This document shows, one piece after another, positions 7,264 to 11,437 of a stretch of 11,437 nt of DNA. Source of the stretch: Candidatus Muiribacteriota bacterium (GTDB lineage: Bacteria > Muiribacteriota > Muiribacteriia > Muiribacteriales > Muiribacteriaceae). The stretch covers positions 5,117 through 16,553 of the forward strand of contig JBNJGP010000057.1 of assembly GCA_051747805.1 (NCBI GenBank). Direction: 5' to 3'. Below the pieces are notes generated by a model that saw only the letters and a program-made list of their open reading frames with translations, was not told where the DNA came from and did no database searches. Each line of letters opens with the position of its first letter. Position 1 is the first letter of the stretch. Both the position numbers and the translations under genes were made by a program.

Positions 7264-8928
7264 CTAATATTTAAAGCTACTGCCGCCAATAAACTCACGA
7301 ATAATAGAAGTTGGCGGTATTTCTTCGATTTTTTCATCAATATTCAAAAATAGTTTCAAAAATTTAAGCAGACTATCAGCTTTAACAAAATTCTTATCAC
7401 TTCTATCAATTTCAGAAAGCAGAGGAACTGCTAGTTTTTTCAATATAGGAATTTCATAAAAAAGGGCCGAATTAAACATCACATCAGCAGTTTCCTGAAA
7501 CGGAAAAATATTTCTTTCTTCACCCCTCCTTACAGAATACCATCTGTTTAAAGTTTCACTTGCCGGATAATTTCTAAACTGATGATCTCTTACAATTCTT
7601 CTAATCAGCCTGCAGTCTGTTGTAGAAATTCTATTATAATCATCAAGACAAAGCTGAGTTAATGGGGAAATATATATTTTGAACTTGTTTTTTTTAGGCA
7701 CTCTGCTTGTAAGTTCATCATTAAGCCCATGTATTCCTTCAATTATAATCATCTGATTTTGACGTATTCTTAACGGCGTCCCTTTTTCCGACCTTTTTCC
7801 AACAGTAAAATCAAACTTTGGAATCATTACTTCTTCCCCGTTTAATAAAGAAACCATGTGTTTGTTTAATAAATCTAGGTCAAGAGAATAAATTGATTCA
7901 AAATCGTAATTTCCATCCTCATCTTTTGGATTATCCTCTCTATTGACAAAATAATCATCAAGAGAAATTGTTATTGGGGCTAATCCATTAACCTGAAGAT
8001 GAGTTTTAATTCTTTTTGAAAATGTTGTTTTACCAGAAGATGAAGGTCCCGCAATAAGCACAATTTTAATATCATCTTTTTTTGAAATTATTTCATTTAT
8101 AATGGCTGCTATTTTTTTTTCATGAAGCACTTCATTTATTTTTATATAATCAGATATTTCCTTCCTGTTGATTATTTCATTTAAGCGTCCAACATTAGTA
8201 ATTTCAAGAATTTTAGTCCAGCTTTTGCTTTCCTGATAAATTTCAAAAAGTTTTGTGTGATATTTTTGTGGTGTAGTCTTATTAAAATTTTTATGGTCGG
8301 GAAAACAAAGTAAAATCCCAGCATCATATTTTTTTAAATCAAAAGTATCTAAATAACCGGTTGAAGGAACTAATGGACCATAATTAACATCAGTATAGGT
8401 GCCCGAAGTATAGAGGGCAACCTTTTTTACACCAGAGTTTTCAATCAGCCTTGCCTTATCCTGATACCCCTCTTTTTCAAAAAAATCAACCGCCTTTTCA
8501 AGTGTTATTTCTTTTCTTAAAAAAGGTTCATCATTTTTTATTAAAAAATTAATTCTTTCTTTAATCCTGTTAACTGTTTTCTGAGAAACAGGAACATCTA
8601 TATATAAATCGTAATAATAAGCATTTCCAAGCGAATGATGTATTTCAACCCTTCCATTTCTGTATAATTCTTTAACCGCTCTTATTAGTAAGAAAGCTAT
8701 ACTTCTTCTGTAAATTTCCTTGCCGTATGTTGACTCATAGGTTAAAAATTCCACTGCACAAGGTTTTAAAATCTCAAAATCCAGAGTTCTTAATTTATTA
8801 TCAACATTGGCCCCAAGAACCCTTTTTTCCCCTCTATAATAAGTATAAACCATGTCTTTCAGAGTTTTTTTTGGTTCAACCTGAACAGTTTTTCCTTGTG
8901 GCAAAGTAACTTTAATTTTTTTGTTCAT
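7264..8928 (-). CDS. Uridine kinase/phosphoribulokinase-family P-loop kinase with N-terminal TGS and ThrRS-N2-like domains
   Basis: IAGPSSSGKTT, ISLDDYF, IIEGIHGLN, RRIVRD, VRRGEERNIFPFQE; N-terminal VTLPQG...GANVDNKLRTL...VEFLT...EIYRRS and GPLVPSTG resemble ThrRS N1/N2; AAAGGAG SD at 8943-8937. Confidence 0.88.
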   Translation of the reverse strand: MNKKIKVTLPQGKTVQVEPKKTLKDMVYTYYRGEKRVLGANVDNKLRTLDFEILKPCAVEFLTYESTYGKEIYRRSIAFLLIRAVKELYRNGRVEIHHSLGNAYYYDLYIDVPVSQKTVNRIKERINFLIKNDEPFLRKEITLEKAVDFFEKEGYQDKARLIENSGVKKVALYTSGTYTDVNYGPLVPSTGYLDTFDLKKYDAGILLCFPDHKNFNKTTPQKYHTKLFEIYQESKSWTKILEITNVGRLNEIINRKEISDYIKINEVLHEKKIAAIINEIISKKDDIKIVLIAGPSSSGKTTFSKRIKTHLQVNGLAPITISLDDYFVNREDNPKDEDGNYDFESIYSLDLDLLNKHMVSLLNGEEVMIPKFDFTVGKRSEKGTPLRIRQNQMIIIEGIHGLNDELTSRVPKKNKFKIYISPLTQLCLDDYNRISTTDCRLIRRIVRDHQFRNYPASETLNRWYSVRRGEERNIFPFQETADVMFNSALFYEIPILKKLAVPLLSEIDRSDKNFVKADSLLKFLKLFLNIDEKIEEIPPTSIIREFIGGSSFKY

Positions 8929-9017
8929 AAATTATACTCCTTTCATATATATCTTTTATTTTCTAATTTATACAGTTAATTGTCAAACTAAATTTATCCT
9001 TATAACTGATTTTAATA

Positions 9018-10355
9018 TTATCCTATTGTAACTTTTTCTTCAGGATAAGAAAAATATTTTTTTGCAGGTTTTCCGCTTAGAGCTATTGCAAGCGTTAAGG
9101 GTCCAAGACGGCCCACAAACATAAGTAAAATTATTACAAATTTTCCAAACTCGCTGAGATAAGGCGTAATCCCTGTTGAAAGCCCAACTGTTCCAAATGC
9201 CGACACTGTTTCAAAAATAATTGCGCTTAATTCAAAACTTTCTGTAATAGAAAGAACAATAATGGCTAAAAAATTAACACTAACTGAAATATAAAAAATT
9301 CCAGTTGCTTTGTTTACGATATTTAATGGAATTTTTCTTTTAAAAACAAAAACTTCATCTTCATTTTTTATCACAGAAATAACATTTTTAATAAAAATAA
9401 ACATCGTAGTTATTTTTATTCCTCCGGCAGTACCTCCAGAACCTCCTCCAATAAACATAAATATCACTAAAACAAGCAAAGTACCTCTTCCAAGCCCTGA
9501 AATATCAATAGTATTAAACCCGGCAGTTCTAGTTGTTATACTCTGAAAAAGACTTGCCAGAACTTTTGTTTTATGATTTTTTTCATATAAAACATTATTA
9601 TATTCCATTAAAAAAATTAAAACTGTCCCAACAATTATTAAAAAAACTGTACTGAAAATAACAATTTTTGCCTGAACCGATAATCTTTTTGCTTTATCAT
9701 TTTTACTTAGCTTTTTTTTGAAACACTTTGTTAATTCAATAATTATAAAAAAACCAAGTCCTCCCATAATAATTAAAATAGAAATTACAAAATTTAAAAA
9801 AATACTAGACTGAAATCCCATAAGGGAATCTGAGAAAGTTGAAAACCCCGCATTACAGAAGGCAGATACACTCTGAAAAATAGAATGAAAGATTATATTT
9901 TCATTTATTCCATTAAAATTAAAGGCTATTATTAATAAAATGGCCCCTATTAACTGAACAATTATCATAAGGGAAAGAACTTTTTTTAATATAATTCCAG
10001 TATATCCAGGTCTGTCATAATCAATCATCTTATTAATAAGAGTTTTAGATGAAAAATTTAATTTTTTTCCTAAAATAACGGCAAAAGCCATGGAAAATGT
10101 CATAATTCCCATTCCGCCAAGCTGAATAAGTATTAATATGATAATTTGCCCGACAACTGTAAAATCATTTGGAGTATCCTTAACAATAAGCCCGGTAACA
10201 CAGGTGGCACTAGTTGAAGTAAATAAAGCGTCAAGCCAGCTTAACTCATTTGTGTAGGCAAATGGCATTTTTAAAAAAAATGTGCCTAGAATTATTATAA
10301 TAAGAAAAGAAAGAACCATTGCGACTGCTGGATTTTTCAGGGAAACATTTAACAC
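9018..10355 (-). CDS. ktrB: Ktr/Trk K+ uptake system membrane subunit (KtrB/TrkH family)
   Basis: Four pore-loop signatures SATCVTGL, SAFCNAGF, TTRTAGFN, SAFGTVGLS; GGTAGGIKITT; MFVGRLGPLT; C-terminal YPEEKVTIG; GTG start overlaps ktrA TAG by 1 nt. Confidence 0.95.
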   Translation of the reverse strand: MLNVSLKNPAVAMVLSFLIIIILGTFFLKMPFAYTNELSWLDALFTSTSATCVTGLIVKDTPNDFTVVGQIIILILIQLGGMGIMTFSMAFAVILGKKLNFSSKTLINKMIDYDRPGYTGIILKKVLSLMIIVQLIGAILLIIAFNFNGINENIIFHSIFQSVSAFCNAGFSTFSDSLMGFQSSIFLNFVISILIIMGGLGFFIIIELTKCFKKKLSKNDKAKRLSVQAKIVIFSTVFLIIVGTVLIFLMEYNNVLYEKNHKTKVLASLFQSITTRTAGFNTIDISGLGRGTLLVLVIFMFIGGGSGGTAGGIKITTMFIFIKNVISVIKNEDEVFVFKRKIPLNIVNKATGIFYISVSVNFLAIIVLSITESFELSAIIFETVSAFGTVGLSTGITPYLSEFGKFVIILLMFVGRLGPLTLAIALSGKPAKKYFSYPEEKVTIG

Positions 10356-11044
10356 TATAAACTCCCAAAAGTATTAATGTCTTCGTTTTTACCTACAACA
10401 ATCAAAATATCATTTTCAAGAAGAATATAGTTACTGGAAGGAACAACTATTTTTTCTTTTTTTTCTTTTTTATCATTTTCTTCGACTTCAAATTCTTGTT
10501 TTATTGCAACAACGTTTACATTATATTCAGCGCGAAGATTAGCCTCTATAAGACTTTTTCCTGCAAGCTCTGATGAAACTTTAATCTGGGCAATGCTGAA
10601 GCCCTCAGAAAACTCAATATTATCCACCAGCGAAGCGGCCGCCAGCGAATTGGCAATTCTTACTCCCATTTCTTCTTCCGGCAGAACTACACGGGTAGCA
10701 CCAATTGTTTCAAGAATTGTTTTATGGAGTTTTGTTGTTGCCCTGACTATAATTTGTTTAACTTTTAAATTTTTTAAAATTGCTGTTGTTAAAATATTAT
10801 TTTCAAGACTTTCGCCTATAGCGACAATAGCTACATCGAAATCATTAATACCCAGTGCTCTTAATGAGCCTTCTTCAGTCGCATTTGCAATTGTAACGTG
10901 TTCGAGTTCGTCTTTTATATCATCAATGACATCACTGTCTTTATCTATGGCCAGAACAGAAAGTCCTTTTTGAGCTAATGTAGAAGCTACCTGTATTCCA
11001 AAGCGTCCCATACCGATGACAACAAAATGTCTTTTATCTAACAT
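10355..11044 (-). CDS. ktrA: Ktr/Trk K+ uptake system RCK regulatory subunit (KtrA/TrkA family)
   Basis: FVVIGMGRFG, VLAIDKD, FDVAIVAIGE, IGATRVVLPEEEMGVRIA, RCK_C LAGKSLIEANLRAEYNVNVVAIK. Start likely ATG 11044 (GGGG 6 nt upstream); ORF track uses TTG 11056. Confidence 0.95.
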   Translation of the reverse strand: MLDKRHFVVIGMGRFGIQVASTLAQKGLSVLAIDKDSDVIDDIKDELEHVTIANATEEGSLRALGINDFDVAIVAIGESLENNILTTAILKNLKVKQIIVRATTKLHKTILETIGATRVVLPEEEMGVRIANSLAAASLVDNIEFSEGFSIAQIKVSSELAGKSLIEANLRAEYNVNVVAIKQEFEVEENDKKEKKEKIVVPSSNYILLENDILIVVGKNEDINTFGSL

Positions 11045-11087
11045 ATAAAACCCCAATAGAAAATATATTATAATTCATAAGTTAATA

Positions 11088-11116
11088 ATTATAAAAAAAA
11101 ATTCTCTCCTGGTCAA
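11088..11116 (-). promoter_or_regulatory. sigma70/sigmaA-type promoter for ktrAB
   Basis: TTGACC (11116-11111), 17-nt spacer, TATAAT (11093-11088); predicted start ~11081. Confidence 0.75.
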
Positions 11117-11258
11117 ACAAAACAATTATTATCCAGCAATTATCAATAATGTTTAGAAACAGAACGGGGTCTGCGCCGAGCCTGAATTTAAGCTTGATTT
11201 TGTTTCGTAATAAATTTTAATCTTCAGCTTTTATCTGCACCTTTTTGCTCTCATTGCT

Positions 11259-11359
11259 TTTTCACTTCTTACCTCTCACTTCTCACGGCTCTTCTCTGCT
11301 TCTATCGGCTCCTATCGTCTCACCTCTCACCTCTCACTTCTCACGGCTCTTATCTGCTT
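11259..11359. repeat. Non-coding compound tandem repeat of 7-mers (YTCTCAC) and 10-mers (KGCTYYTATC-like), 58-nt period
   Basis: TTTTCAC TTCTTAC CTCTCAC TTCTCAC | GGCTCTTCTC TGCTTCTATC GGCTCCTATC | GTCTCAC CTCTCAC CTCTCAC TTCTCAC | GGCTCTTATC TGCTT; 31-nt direct repeat 11271-11301 vs 11329-11359 with one mismatch. Confidence 0.9.
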
Positions 11360-11384
11360 AAAATTATATTACTTCAAAAATAAC

Positions 11385-11406
11385 AAAAAACCGCTTTATA
11401 AAGAGG
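11385..11406 (-). terminator. Possible weak intrinsic terminator of an upstream minus-strand transcript
   Basis: Minus strand CCTCTT-TATA-AAGCGG followed by TTTTTT; stem is short with one mismatch. Confidence 0.35.
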
Positions 11407-11437
11407 ATTATAATCTTTATTGGGTTTAGTTTACATA

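Noticed and set aside
8958..8986. TTGACA (8986-8981) upstream of the kinase gene as an internal promoter
   Set aside because: The -10 at 17-nt spacing reads GAAAAT, lacking the first T; possible but too weak to call.
1910..10973. Plus-strand ORFs in the track (1910-2176, 4242-4532, 4581-4961, 4622-4864, 6063-6329, 6330-6578, 8727-8909, 9310-9546, 10593-10973)
   Set aside because: All lie wholly or largely antisense to well-supported genes, have shadow-like composition and no recognisable motifs.
11161..11184. Short GC-rich patch AGAACGGGGTCTGCGCCGAGCCTG as REP or IS end
   Set aside because: Single copy, no clean palindrome, no partner inverted repeat or transposase in the window.
11271..11359. 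31-nt direct repeats with a 27-nt gap resembling a mini CRISPR array
   Set aside because: Only two copies, the gap is itself made of the same 7- and 10-mer units, repeats are low-complexity, and there are no cas genes in the window.
11057..11437. c-di-AMP (ydaO/yuaA) riboswitch expected upstream of ktrAB
   Set aside because: Its conserved GC-rich elements were not recognisable, and a good promoter sits only ~45 nt from the start codon. An Rfam scan would be definitive.

Overview
AT-rich bacterial chromosomal window in which every credible gene is on the minus strand. In transcription order (right to left) there are three blocks. (1) A ktrA-ktrB K+ uptake pair behind a near-consensus sigma70/sigmaA promoter. 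(2) A housekeeping block: TGS/ThrRS-N-fused uridine-kinase-family gene, yicC/yloC, remA, gmk, coaBC, with no rpoZ between gmk and coaBC. (3) After a 296-bp intergenic region, a tightly coupled accessory operon: HpcH/HpaI aldolase-citrate-lyase-family protein, ATP-grasp ligase, Cys-motif FMN alpha-hydroxy-acid dehydrogenase, PseG/SpsG-like UDP-sugar hydrolase, and a membrane-anchored acidic protein that runs off the window and is missing from the ORF track. The main observation is a consensus flagellar sigma28 promoter (TAAAGTTT-N11-GCCGATAT) in front of this operon, plus a tandem sigma70 promoter (TTGACA-N17-TAAAAT) followed by an inverted repeat. This suggests a flagellum-regulated glycan/acyl-group biosynthesis module; the function is inferred, not shown. 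Upstream of ktrA is a non-coding higher-order repeat built from 7-mer and 10-mer units (58-nt period). No rRNA, tRNA, CRISPR array or transposase was seen. Family assignments are from motif recognition by eye; no searches were run.
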